Positions 36,058 to 48,327 of a DNA stretch of 64,000 bases are shown piece after piece. Source of the stretch: Macrostomum lignano (lineage: Eukaryota); assembly GCA_002269645.1 (NCBI GenBank), contig NIVC01000001.1, forward strand, positions 2,294,001 through 2,358,000, written 5' to 3'. Made by a program: the position numbers and the translations under genes. Below the pieces are notes generated by a model. That model worked only from the letters and a program-made list of their open reading frames with translations. It was not told where the DNA came from and made no database searches. Within the stretch, counting starts at the first letter, position 1. Every line of letters begins with the position of its first letter.

Positions 36058-36689
36058 TATATACTAAAAATGGTCTGTCTGTGTCTATCTATCTATCTAT
36101 CTATCTATCTATGTGATCGATTAGAGAAAAAATGGCTGGACCAATTTTGTTAGAACTTGCACTGTTCGATCAGAAATTTTCCCGTGACTGTACATGCATC
36201 GTGGCTAAGAAATTGCTCGATGCTAAAGGCATTAAATATTCGAAAAACATGCTTTTTTGCAAAGGTCAAGCAAACTTTTTGACTTGAAATGCATTGTAAG
36301 AATGCTAGAGAAAAAACTGACTGGTTGAATTCTGATTCTGAAATAGATTGCATCATAACTGAATTGTAACTCCGACTTGAATTGAAAATGCAGTGTGGAA
36401 GCGTAGCACCAGACTTGATTTAAATTGCGTAACCATATTGTTAACTGATACTGACTGACTGAGAAACTGATTATGTCATAACTGCTTCGTGTGATTTACT
36501 CTATGCTTGGATTTTAGTGTTGAATTATATAAGTGCAAAATTTGATGTTATCAAAACGATGAGAGCTAGCCTAGAGGTGAAAAAACTGAACTGCTAAATG
36601 CAGCGACGATGGTTCGAATTTTCATAGATTATAATTTTTTTAATTAAAGCTTTTCAACGTCAGGAAAACTAAAATACTTTTTAAAAAGA

Positions 36690-37460
36690 AGCGTCTTGTA
36701 ATGAATCATAGAAGCGTCATGTAAAAATCATAGAAGCGTCATGTAAAAAATCATAGAAGCGTCATGTAAAAAATCGTAGAAGCGTCATGTAAACAATCGT
36801 AGAAGCGTCATATAAAAACCATAGAAGCGTCATTTAAAAAATCATAGAAGCGTCATGTAAAAAATCATAGAAGCATCATGTAAACAATCATAGAAGCGTA
36901 ATGACAAAAAATTGTTGAAGCGTCATATAAAAATCATAGAAGCGTCATGTAAACAATCATAGAAGCGTCATGTAAACAATCATAGAAGTGTCATGACAAA
37001 AAATCGTTGAAGCGTCATATAAAAATCATAGAAGCGTCATGTAAACAATCATAGAAGCGTCATGTAAACAATCATAGAAGCGTCATGTAAAAAATCGTAG
37101 AAGTGTCATGCAAACAATCATAGAAGCGTCATGTAAAAATCATAGAAGCGTCATATAAAAAATCATCGAAGCGTCATGCAAACAATCATAGAAGCGTCCT
37201 GTAAAAATCATAGAAGCGTCATGCAAACCATAATAGAAGGGTCATGTAAAAATCATAGAAGCGTCATGTAAAAATCATAGAAGCGTCATATAAACAATTA
37301 TAGAAGCGTCATGCAAACAATCATAGAAGCGTCATGTAAAAACTAATGAAAGTGTCATTTAAAAAATTAAGAAGCATAATGGAAGAATAAAAAAAGCGTC
37401 ATGTAAAAATCAAAAGAAGCGTCATGTAAAAATCAAAAGAAGCGTCATGTCAGACATGAA
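36690..37460. repeat. Same 21-23-bp satellite inside Helitron copy 2
   Basis: Direct reading. Confidence 0.93.
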
Positions 37461-38284
37461 AGGTGTCATATAAAAATTAAATGAAGTACAGTGCTGTGCT
37501 GGGGAGAATTACAGAGACGTCAAGGCTCACGGAGAATAACTGAGATTACGGAGGGGGGTTTCTGAGATGTCAAAGCAAAAGTCAGAAGCTACGTCAAAGT
37601 ACATGTACTTTACTTAATTTTTTATTGCATTCTTTGTTGGCTCGCCACGGGGGGGGGCGCTGATAGAAGAAGAGTCATGTAAAAAATAAAAGTAGCTCTA
37701 TGTATACATTAAAGAAAAGTCATGTCGAAGTTAAAAGATTCATTTGGGAATTGCTACGATGTCAATGCTTGGTGGAAATCGTTATAGTGCTGTGATTCTT
37801 AAAGAAGGAATCACTAAAATGCCAAGGCTTAGGGGAGAAGAATTGCTGAGATTTCAAGGCTTTAGGTTGGGTTAAAGTTAGGTTTAGGTCAGGTGTGTGT
37901 TGAGGGTTATATTTTTTCGGGTTTCAAGGTTGATATGGGGATTTTTTAGATTTCAAGATTTATGGGGGCATCGCTGACATGTCAAGTCTTACGGGGGAAT
38001 AGCTGAGATGTCAAGGCTCATGGGGGTATAAATGAGATTTCAAGGCTTAAGTCAGAAGCTACATGTAGTTTATTGAAAACTTTTTATTGCATTATTTGTT
38101 GGCTCCTCAGGGCTCGCTGATAGAAAAAGCATAATGTAAAAAATTTAAATGTAATGTAAAAAAAAGCTTCCTGTCGAAGTTAAGAGATTCATTTGGGAAT
38201 TCGTACGATATCGAGGCTTGCAGGGAATCGCTATAATGCTGTAGTAGTGCTATAATGACTCAGAATTACTGAAATTTCAATGCT

Positions 38285-38352
38285 TTAGGTTTAGGTTAGG
38301 GTTAGGGTTAGGGTTAGGGTTAGGGTTAGGCTAGGGTTAGGGTTAGGGTTAG
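38285..38352 (+). repeat. Interstitial telomere-type (TTAGGG)n tract; shorter tracts at 35798-35832 and about 38610-38703
   Basis: GGTTAGGGTTAGGGTTAGGG... read directly. Confidence 0.85.
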
Positions 38353-38983
38353 AAGGTTGACAGATTTTTTTTAGATTTCAAGGCTTTTTGGGGGCATCGC
38401 TGAGATGTCAAGGGGGGAGTTGATTTGTTAAAGCTTGTGGGGGAATTACTGACATTTCAAGGCTTACAAGGGACTTCTGAGGTATATTACAAAGATATGC
38501 TACATGTAGTTTATTACAAAACTTGTACTGCAATTTTGGCTCCCTAACGCTAAGATACTAAGCTAAAAAATACTACTAGCGCTTCACAAACTTATGCAGA
38601 TGTCAGGCTGTAGGGTTAGTGTTAGGGTTGGTATTAGGGTTTAGGTTTAAGGTTAGGTTCAGGGTTATTGCGTTAAGATTTGGGTTAGGGTTAGGGTTAG
38701 GGTAGCTTATAACTTAGCTCATGTAGCTTATTAAAAATGTTTATTATGGAAGCATCATGCAAAAATAATGAAAGCGTCATGCAAAAACAATGGAAGCGTC
38801 ATGCCAAAAATCATAGAAGCATCGATCATGCAAAAACTCATGGACAAAATATTGAATTTAGGGTTTTGGTTAGGGTTAGAAGTTTGACAGGAGATTTTTT
38901 AAGATTTCAAGGCTACATGTAGCTTATTAAAAAAACGTGTATTGCATTTCTTTGGCTCCCCAACGGGGGGCGTAGATTGCTAG

Positions 38984-41875
38984 TCCTATATCCTAAAAAT
39001 GAGTTGTTTGTAGCTATGCGATAGATTTCAGAAAAATTGGCTCAACCGATTTTCTTCAAACTTGCACCATTTGATCAGAAATTTTCCTGGCACGGTACAT
39101 GCATTTTGGCTAAGAAATTGCTCAATTTTAAAGGGATTAAATATTCGAAAAACATGCTTTTTTGCAAAGGTCAAGCAGCTATTTCGACCTGAAATGCATT
39201 GTAAAAATGCGATAGAAAAAACTGACTGACTGAATTTCAATTGTGATAAAGATTGCATCACAACAAGTTGAAAACAGTGTCGAAGAAATGCGCACAAGAC
39301 TTGATTAAAATTGCGTAACCATATTGCTAACTTGAATTGAGACTGATACTGGCTGACTGAGAAATTGATTATGTCATAACTTTTTACTCCAATTGACTTG
39401 CTGTAAGAATTGAATTATAAGGGCCACAATTCATAATTTAATTGAAAAAAGAAAGCCCTGATGCGAACAGACTGGAATGCTAATGTAGTGACCTGGGTTC
39501 GAATCTTAGTAGTGCAAAGAGATTTTTTTATTAAAACACCTTAAAAACACAACAAAACTGCTAAACATCAAAGAAGCGCAATTTCAAACATAGAAGAGCC
39601 AACATATCGAACATAAGAGTTACCATGTCAAACATAGAAGAGCCACCATGTCGAACATTAAAGAGCCGCCATGTCAAACATTTAAGAGCCACCATGTCGA
39701 ACATAAAAGAGCCACCATTTCGAACATTAAAGAGCCACCATGTCAAACATTTAAGAGCCACCATGTCAAACATTAAAGAGCCACTTTGTCGAACATTAAA
39801 GAGCCACCATGTCAAACATAAAAAGCCAACATGTCAGACATTAAAAAGCCACCGTATCAAACATAAAAGAGTTACCATGTAGAACAAAAAAGATCCACCA
39901 TGTCGAACATTAAAGAGCCACCATGTCAAACATAAAGAGCCATCATGTCGAACATAACGAGCCACCATGTCAAAAATTTAGGAGCCACCATGTCAAACAT
40001 TTAAGAGCCACCATGTAGAATATTAAAGAGCCACCATGTCGAACATAAAAGAGCCACCATGTAAAATATTAAAGAGCCACCATGTCAAACATTTAAGAGC
40101 CACCATGTCAAACATATATGTGACTTTATGTCAAACATTAAAGAGCCACCATGTCGAACATTAAAGAGTCACCATGTCAAACATTAAAGAGCCACCATGT
40201 CGAACATAAAGAGCCACCATGTCGAACATAAAGAGCCACCATGTCAAACATAACGAGCCACCATGTCAAAAATTTAGGAGCCACCATGTCAAACATTTAA
40301 GAGCCACCATGTAGTATATTAAAGAGCCACCATGTCGAACATAAAAGAGCCACCATGTAAAATATTAAAGAGCCACCATGTCAAACATTTAAGAGCCACC
40401 ATGTCAAACATATATGTGAATTTATGTCAAACATTAAAGAGCCACCATGTTGAACATTAAAGAGCCACCATGTCAAACATTAAAGAGCCACCATGTCGAA
40501 CATTAAAGAGCCACCATGTCCAACATATATGTGACTCCATGTCAAAAATTAAGGAGCCCTCATGTCAAACATAAAAGAGCCGCCATGTCAAACATAAAAG
40601 GACCACCATGTCAAACATTAAAGAGCCACCATGTCGAACATTAAAGAGCCACCATGTCTAAAATTAAAGAGCCACCATGTCGAACATTAAAGAGCCACCA
40701 TGTCGAACATTAAAGAGCCACCATGTCAAACATTAAAGAGCCACCATGTCAAACATTAAAGAACCACCATGTCAAACATTAAAGAGCCACAATGTCCAAC
40801 ATATACGTGACTCCATGTCAGACATTAAAGAGCCATCAAGTCAAACATTAAAGAGCCATCATTGCAGACAGTAAAGTGCCACCAGGTCAACATTAAAGAG
40901 CCACCATGTCAAAAATTAAAGAGCCACCATGTCTAACATTACAGAGCCACCATTTCGAACATTAAAGAGCCACCATGTCTAACTTTAAGGAGCCACCATG
41001 TCAAACATTAAAGAGCCACCATGTCAAACATTAAAGAGCCATCATGTAGAACATTAAAAAGCCACTATGTCAAACAATAAAGAGCCACCATGTCAAAAAA
41101 TAAAGAGCCACCATGTCAAACATAAAAGAGCCATTATGTCGAACATAAAAGAGCGACCATGTCACACATAAAGAACCACCATGTCTAACATAAAAGAGCT
41201 ATACCATGTCAAACATTAAAGAGCCACCATGTCAAACAATAAAGAGCCACCATGTCAAACATAGAAGAGCCACCATGTCAAACATAAAAGAGCCACCATG
41301 TCTAATATTTAAGAGCCACCATGTCAAACATTAAAAAGCCACTTTGTCAAACATAGAAGAGCCACAATGTCAAACATAGAAGAGCCACAACGTCAAACAT
41401 AGAACAGCCACTATGTCAACATAAAAGAGCCACCATGTCAACATAGGGAGCCACCATGTCAAACATTAAAGAGCCACCATGTCAACATAAAAGAGCCACC
41501 ATGTCAAACATTAAAGAGCCACTATGTCAAACATAAAAGATACACAATTTCAAACGTAAAAGTAAGCGAATTTTAAAGGAGCCACTATAATGCTAAGGAA
41601 ATTGTCGCACTAGCTACTTATTGTCCGGTGGATGCTTGCTATCTGGGGGATGCTTACTATTTGGGGGATGCTTGCTATCTGGGGATGCTTGCAATCTGGG
41701 AAATGCTTGCTATCTGGGGGATGCTTGCTGTCTTGGGATGATTTCTTTTTGCATTGCACTTCATTTGAGTATTTTGTGTTTTCTTTGTGAAGGCTTTATT
41801 TGGCTATCTTTTTGTTACTTGTAGAGAACAGAGATTCTATACAGATGTCCCCCAACGGGGGGCGAAGATTGCTAG
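38984..41875 (+). mobile_element. Non-autonomous Helitron, copy 3, with a different satellite cargo
   Basis: TCCTATATCCTAAAAATG start fused to CTAG of copy 2; ends CCCCAACGGGGGGCGAAGATTGCTAG|T; internal satellite 39570-41540. Confidence 0.75.
39570..41540. repeat. 21-22-bp satellite (GAGCCACCATGTCAAACATTAAA) inside Helitron copy 3, about 2 kb
   Basis: Direct reading. Confidence 0.93.
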
Positions 41876-43361
41876 TAAAAGCTGAATGTGGTCAGTGGCG
41901 AGATCTAGGACTAAGAGGATCGAAGCCAGGGTCCATTCTCGGCTGGTCCAATTTTTTTTCTTGATTTTACCTTTTATAGGCGTTTTATTTTAAGTTGCTC
42001 TGAACTCAAAAATGTTTTGGATCTGCACCGAAAGTTAAATTTGAAAAATGTACATGTATATCAGGCCCATGTAGTCTACTCGGTACATCATGAAGGTGTC
42101 ATTTTTTGTTCATTGCGTGAAAGTATAGCTAATCTGTGTTAATGTACAGACACTACAGTCAAGATAATTCGGCGATTGGTTTCTGAGTTTAGAATCAAAG
42201 TACCCCTGTATATAGCTAATATACAGTGTGGTGGGTACAGTCCTTGTTATAGAAATTCTTGGATTCTGCGTTCCAAGAAACGAGGTTTCCAGTCCAATTC
42301 TACTTGAGTAGTGCTTGACAATTACATGTACATGTATATGATTAATCGGAGCTTTCCACGGCGCTGAAGTTGGTGTCAGATTTATGCATAAAAACAGACA
42401 CTATTTGTTTTTTTAGCTATCTCGTCTGTAGTTTTGCGTTGGTGGCCCCCACACCTGGACCACTTTATCCTTTATCCTTTGTGCTTAAGTGTGTGTACAT
42501 GTACATGTATTTAGAACGTTTTCGCAAATAGTTGCATGATCAATATTAATTTGGCTCTATATTTCCAAACACACGCATAGCGTGGCTCTCGCCTCGGTCA
42601 AGCATCTTCCAACTGTTTCAATCTCCCTGTTCGCCTGCTGCTAGTGTTTGCCTCTGCTACAAGTGTTAGTCATTTAGTTCCATCTTAGTTTATTTGTCCT
42701 ACTAGCAATTGTACAGTCGGCCCTGCAGTAGTTTTACATGTATACATGTATGCTTGGTCACGTCTTTTAAGTAACCTTCCAAATTTTCCTTCGCCATTAA
42801 ATACTTTTCACTCGTACGCGTATCGCCCAATGGCTGTCCCGAATCTTTTGAATCTTAAAAGACTTTAATGATGCCCCAAGCATGCATGTAAAACAAATTT
42901 GTCAGGCTTTTAAAGCCCGGGATTCCTCAACAATGAGTAGAATTGAAATCTTTATGATTTCTCGAATTCAGGTACGAGCATTAAAACCACTTTCGAACTC
43001 TTGAATCAATCAATCAGCTCGCAGCACATACCGTCCACAGATGTATTTACTCCCTGTCTGAATCCACCAGTTTAATCACTAGATTTTACTACTAAATCTA
43101 TTATTTCTAACCTAAGAATCCTTATAATTTTACCTATATGTACGCGTATATGGGCTATCGTCAGTACGAGTTACCCTGGTAGCTTCAGTGCCCGAGCGGC
43201 AAGACACTGCTGACTACTACATGTATACTAATTACAACTAATTTCTAAACTACTCAGTCCAAGCACGGCGTTCCACTGACCGAGGGGTTTCCGGCTTTAT
43301 ACTGTCTTCCCGACTCGATACTGCATCACGCTTGTAACAGCCTAGATCTATTCCTGGAGAA

Positions 43362-43460
43362 TCCTCCCTTTTTTACTGGGCAATCCTCCCTTTTTACTGG
43401 GCAATCCTCCCTTTTTACTGGGCAATCCTCCCTTTTTACTGGGCAATCCTCTTTTTTTAC
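43362..43460. repeat. 21-bp short tandem repeat (GGCAATCCTCCCTTTTTACTG), 4-5 copies
   Basis: Direct reading; gives GGLPSKK in ORF 43348-43638. Confidence 0.85.
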
Positions 43461-43908
43461 TGGGCAATCCTCCCTTATTACTTAGCAAAACGCTTGTTCG
43501 GCAATCCGTGCTTAACTGCACTGGCAAAACGCACTTTCTATCCAACACGGTCTTTCCAAACTTGCAATCCTGCTTAAATAACGAAGACAGTAAAACCAGA
43601 GAAATCTTAATTTCTAGGTTACTGAGTATGGAACCCAACGAAGGAGTTAAAGAAAATGTTTACTTTTTCGCCTTATATTTATACTAACTGAAAACTCTCT
43701 CTATTGGCTCGCGCTACATTCGTTTAAACAAACATTTAGTTAAAACAAATTATTAAATCCACTAAAACAAAAATTACTACGTTAAAACAAATGGTGTATT
43801 AAAACAAACTATTCGTGTAACTGTTATTTAGGTGGGGATTTGAATTATCGAAAATGTTAGGATTTCTTAGAACAAAATGCGTCCTATTGCAAAAACTTCA
43901 ATCTGATC

Positions 43909-46868
43909 TCAAAGTTCAATCATCAGTCGAATCTCTTTCAGCGACATTTCGAATGCAACAGCGTCCCAGTGGACGTAGTCGGTCCCGTTTCTCTCGCCTC
44001 CACTGTAGTAGATCCCATTTGGATTGCAGGTCTCGCAGTAGTTGAACCACCATCCGCTACCACTTCTTACTTTAGCGCAGCAGTAACCAATGCAGTTGGC
44101 GTCCGTTGTCTGAAACTTCATTCCCCTGTGTGCACTGAGCGAGTCTCCAGAAACATTGGAGCTGTTGAGCAGCAGGCTGCCGTACTGCAGGGCGTAGCCA
44201 GTGTCGGGGCCCTCTACGAGGAAGCCACTGTACTCGCAGTGGTAGCTCATGCCGTTGAACCTGACAGCCTCAATTCGCATGGTTCTGCCCACCGGCCGGG
44301 TCAGGGCGTGGATCCAGCGCAGGCCTGCGGTGTCAATAGGTAGTCGGTCGGTATGAGCTGCAAGGGACTCTGGCAGCGATTGAGTTTGTATGAGTGCTCA
44401 GTGACTTCTGCAGTATACGCTCCTTTTCCCAACATAGTTTTGCCTAAGACTGCATGAGAACTAGCAAATTCAAGAAAGCGATTTTGCACAGATACTGCGA
44501 ATCTCTAGCAGCAGCAGCAGCAGCAGCAGTATTGGGAATTAAGAACAGAAGTCAGGGTTCATGCAGTAATTACTGACGTGTACATGTAGCACTGATTTTA
44601 ATCAACTTAATCGATGACTTGTAATCGGCACAAAACTGATCTTTTTGAAGGAATTCTAGCTGTCTTCAAGGCTGTCAGCCTATATCTTGCTGACAAGCTT
44701 CATATAGTTGATCATTGTTCATTAGTTTTGAACTGTTTGAGCATTCACTGATTCAATAAACGACCTATTTTAAAGAAACAGTATTATACCATCACGATCA
44801 CGCACCTATCCAAAAGTTAGCTTCATCACCAAAGCCATTCTCGTACTCGGTCCAGCCTCTCACAAAGTCAACCGAATTGCTCTCGCGCTGCTGAAATATG
44901 TAAAAGTTCCTGCTGCCTCCGATCGCTAGTCGGCTGTAATCTGTAAAACACGGAAAATTTGAAATTGTCAAATTGTTGTTATTTAAATATGATCTTAATG
45001 TACATATGCTGCAAGTTTTGTGTCCGTACTGTAAAGTCTAATTGGTTAGTAATAATAATAATAATAATAAAAGTAACTAATTACGCCTACCCCAATTAGG
45101 GCCAGATGTGCAACCGACAGCTCAGTCGCAGCTATTGCGCGGCGCATCTGAAGGCTGCGTACGGCTGTTCAGTCCAAGAACTGGGGGGTCGCCACACACC
45201 CTCAATTACCCCAGCTAATGCTGGCACCCATTTTACAGCTGAGTGAACTGAAGCAATGCAGAGTTAAGCGTCTTGCTGAAGGATCGGGAATCGAACCTCC
45301 GACCTTCAAGTCGTGAGTCCTACGCTCTAACCACTTAGGCTATATACAGCCCCACGTTGCATGGTTACATTTCCGGATGACCTCTGTTAGCCGTGTAGTT
45401 AGCCACCTGCCCTGCCTGCCGTTAAGCTCGACGGGCCGGCTTGTGAATTCTGATTGGCTAGCGTGGACGCTTGTGCTCTCGGCATAGCATTCCAATTGGC
45501 TCTAGCAGTGTTCGCAGCAGAGCCGTATTGCACCAGCAGAAGCACGGAAGTCATGTGTCTCACTGTTACGTTCGTTCTTTAGGGACAGTCCAGACATTCG
45601 GTCACGAAGGACTGTGCGTTCGTGCGACCCCAGTCGTCGGCATTCCCGCATCACGTGTAGTGCGACAGTTTGCTGACAAACAGTAACGACGGAAGTGTTA
45701 CTTCCAATGGACAAAGCAAGGAACATTCAAGTAACACAACAACATTCTGCCAAAATACTCGCAGCTTTGATAATCTTGCTCAACTGCTCTTTCCTCGCAA
45801 TGGAAGGACTCCTACGACGTACTCGAAGTTAATGCGCAGCTTTAGTGTGTGTGATATACTTTACTAAAAGGCTTTTGATGACGGCTATGATCTTTCCAAT
45901 GACTTACATAAAAGCATTATAAATGATCGATGTCATTCATTCAAATCCATTAGTTTCTATGGAGACAGCTGATATTGCAATCGATCTATCACTAACGAGT
46001 ACTCTCAGTCAATCCATCTGATGAAGCATCGACACCATCAACTTAAAACGATCTCCGATTATCCGGCAGAGAAAGCTGCAGAACTGGGCAACTCAAGGAG
46101 TTCTCAGTACAGTTTGGCTGGAGCAAACCTTTTACCATTAGGTTTCTACCTGAAACTGATCGCCAACTACAGGGCTTATAGCTAAGCAGTTTGCTCTACA
46201 TGAAATTCAACCGTGCTTAAACAATGGGGGGTTTCGATAAGCTCCCGTTGAGCTTCAGGTCCTGACGAATAACTGCATGAGTGGTCGGAACGTCATTTGG
46301 TATTCTAACATCCAACTGATATCGTTACTATCGGCACCAAAAATATGAGATCTCATTGATCCATAAGACTTAAGTCTCAGACTTAAGACTTAGCTCAACG
46401 CTCAGCTATGAATGACTCAAGCACGCTCCCGCACTCACCAATCCTCAGCATCGCGCACTCTCCAGCTGAAACCGTGAAGCTGAGCGCCTCCGAGTCCATC
46501 ACCAGCTTGCAGGCTCCAGTGTGAGACAACTTGGCCAGCCTGCAGAGGGGATTCAGCGAGCACTGCCGACTACAGATGAAGGCTGCGGAAGCAAGAGCGG
46601 CCGGCATCGATGAGGCATTGCAGCTGCTCCGGTCGAGAGGGAGGAATCGGCTGCCGCAGTCTGCAGGGTTCGGGGCAATCCGTATTTGTTATAATAAAGC
46701 GAATACTGAAGACTTCTATGCCTCATTTTATAGTTTTATTCAACCTATAGTTATAAATACGCAGAATACTGCTAGGAATCACTTTTACTTGCTATTTGGG
46801 GTACTGAAAGCGCTCAAAAAGTGTTGAAGCTGAAACAGAAGACACAGAAGTGTTCGGATATTCTTCAT
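43909..46868 (-). CDS. Secreted PAN/apple-like + fibrinogen C-terminal (FReD) protein, copy 1, 282 aa; exons 46868-46793, 46660-46439, 44940-44806, 44324-43909
   Basis: Exon sizes 76/222/135/416, all phase 1 and matching the other copies; exon 3 DYSRLAIGGSRNFYIFQQRESNSVDFVRGWTEYENGFGDEANFWIG; exon 4 HRGMKFQTTD..GWWFNYC..CNPNGIY; exon 1 (MKNIRTLLCLLFQLQHFLSAFSTPN) requires a non-canonical GC donor and is less certain. Confidence 0.78.
45051..45353 (-). mobile_element. tRNA-derived SINE with CORE-like central domain and (TTA)n tail, in intron 2 of FReD copy 1
   Basis: Minus strand: GGGGCTGTATA-TAGCCTAAGTGG (A box)...GGTTCGATTCC (B box), then CTTAACTCTGCATTGCTTCAGTTCACTCAGCTGTAAAATGGG resembling the CORE/MIR-type motif; tail at 45051-45070. 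Confidence 0.75.
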
Positions 46869-47239
46869 GTTTGCTGCAGTTTGTTTTTGCATTAATTTAG
46901 AGCAGTGATGACTCAAGTGAAGAAACATTTGCGGGACCTACGTGGTGGTTTTATCAGCGCAAATTTGCGACAGTAGCTAAACTCTCATTGGCTGCAAGCA
47001 ACTGACGCCATACTCGTAGTACATGTACTTGTATGCTCATATTTCTGACTTTCTAATGCGTGATATTCTTTGTAGAGGACGTAACAGTGGAGGTTCAACG
47101 TCGGGACGGATTTATAGAATAATCCAAACCTTTTGGTGACTAACATACAGACCATACGCTCCTACCATGTTGGCTCAATGAGCAGCTTACAGAAAGAATC
47201 CGTAACAGCGCCGAAAGTTTGCATGAGCAGTGTTTCGCT

Positions 47240-47445
47240 CTTTGACACCTGTAGACTTAGCTCTTTGATACCTGTAGACTTAGCTCTTTGACACCTGTAG
47301 ACTTAGCTCTTTGTCACCTGTAGACTTAGCTCTTTGATACCTGTAGACTTAGCTCTTTGACACCTGTAGACTTAGCTCTTTAGCACCTGTAGACTTAGCT
47401 CTTTGACACCTGTAGACTTAGCTCTTTGACACCTGTAGACTTAGA
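47240..47445. repeat. 23-bp minisatellite (TTTGACACCTGTAGACTTAGCTC), about 9 copies, between the divergent FReD genes
   Basis: Direct reading. Confidence 0.92.
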
Positions 47446-48327
47446 GCTGTCCGCATATGCTTCTGACTCCTTTAAAAAATTCCAAACCTTCTCATTCAAG
47501 GGTACTCCAAGCAATGATTCTGGCTTACGCTCGTAATGCATCAATTAAGCAACTTTTCTTGTTACCATGGTCTCTGCGGCTTAACCCCAGCCAAAAACCC
47601 AGCGAGATCTGACCAGAATCTGCAATTTACTCTCGTAGTAAGAGTTTGATAAGCTTTAAGCCGTCACTGAAAGCTTTACTGAACTTATGAGCTACGAATA
47701 TATTTTTTCGCATAATATTTTATACAAAATATACTTTCCAAGGAGACATATAAGTAGAATGTAGTGCGGATGTAAATTAGCGCTCGAAAGTCGCAAGTAT
47801 CGATACACTCGTGTCATTTGCCAGCTTCCGTGGCTGCGCTAAGCAACATCAGTTTCATTTCTCAGAAGCTAAACAGAAACCGAATATTGCAAACCTACAG
47901 CCATCATCAAGTTAAAACTCCATCACTCTCCCATCGTGCAGTTTTGCAATGAACGAAAGGTGAAAAACATTGCAGAAACTTTGAAGGCGCCAGGAGTGAG
48001 GCTTGTGTGCAGATTTCACGGAAAATGATCAGCAGCTTTTCTCGATGCAGCATCGCTCCCATCATTGCAGACAGAATTCCATCCCTGAGAACTGCAGGCT
48101 ACATGTCGCCATTAATGAGGATTTTGACTAATTGGCATTTTTAGCTTATGTGGGTGAAACATTTCTCGTAAAGCAGATACTCAAAGATGTTTGCTCATAA
48201 TTTGCAGAGGATAAAAATTTATAAAAATCCACCAGTCGCACACATGCGGCAGGATTCGCGCTCCTAAAATCGTCGAACAACCAACAATTATAAGAAACTA
48301 CATATAATATTAATAAACATTAGCTTG

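Larger units (their letters stand above)
36058..38983 (+). mobile_element. Non-autonomous Helitron, copy 2
   Basis: Starts directly after CTAG of copy 1; highly similar to copy 1; ends CCCCAACGGGGGGCGTAGATTGCTAG; internal satellite 36690-37460. Confidence 0.78.

Noticed and set aside
32971-39297. Three similar minus ORFs (32971-33339, 36150-36356, 39028-39297) as a gene family
   Set aside because: They are the antisense reading of the shared Helitron 5' module, not conserved in length or start
41893-42035. Possible hAT-type MITEs (CAGTGGCGAGATCTAG at about 41893; AGGGACGTCGCCACGG at about 51489)
   Set aside because: Only one convincing end each and no TSD
45285-45353. Functional tRNA gene
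   Set aside because: No proper acceptor stem or terminator; it continues into SINE body and tail
44325-46438. FReD copy 1 as an exon-3 deletion pseudogene
   Set aside because: A diverged but intact 135-nt exon 3 with GT-AG sites is present at 44806-44940
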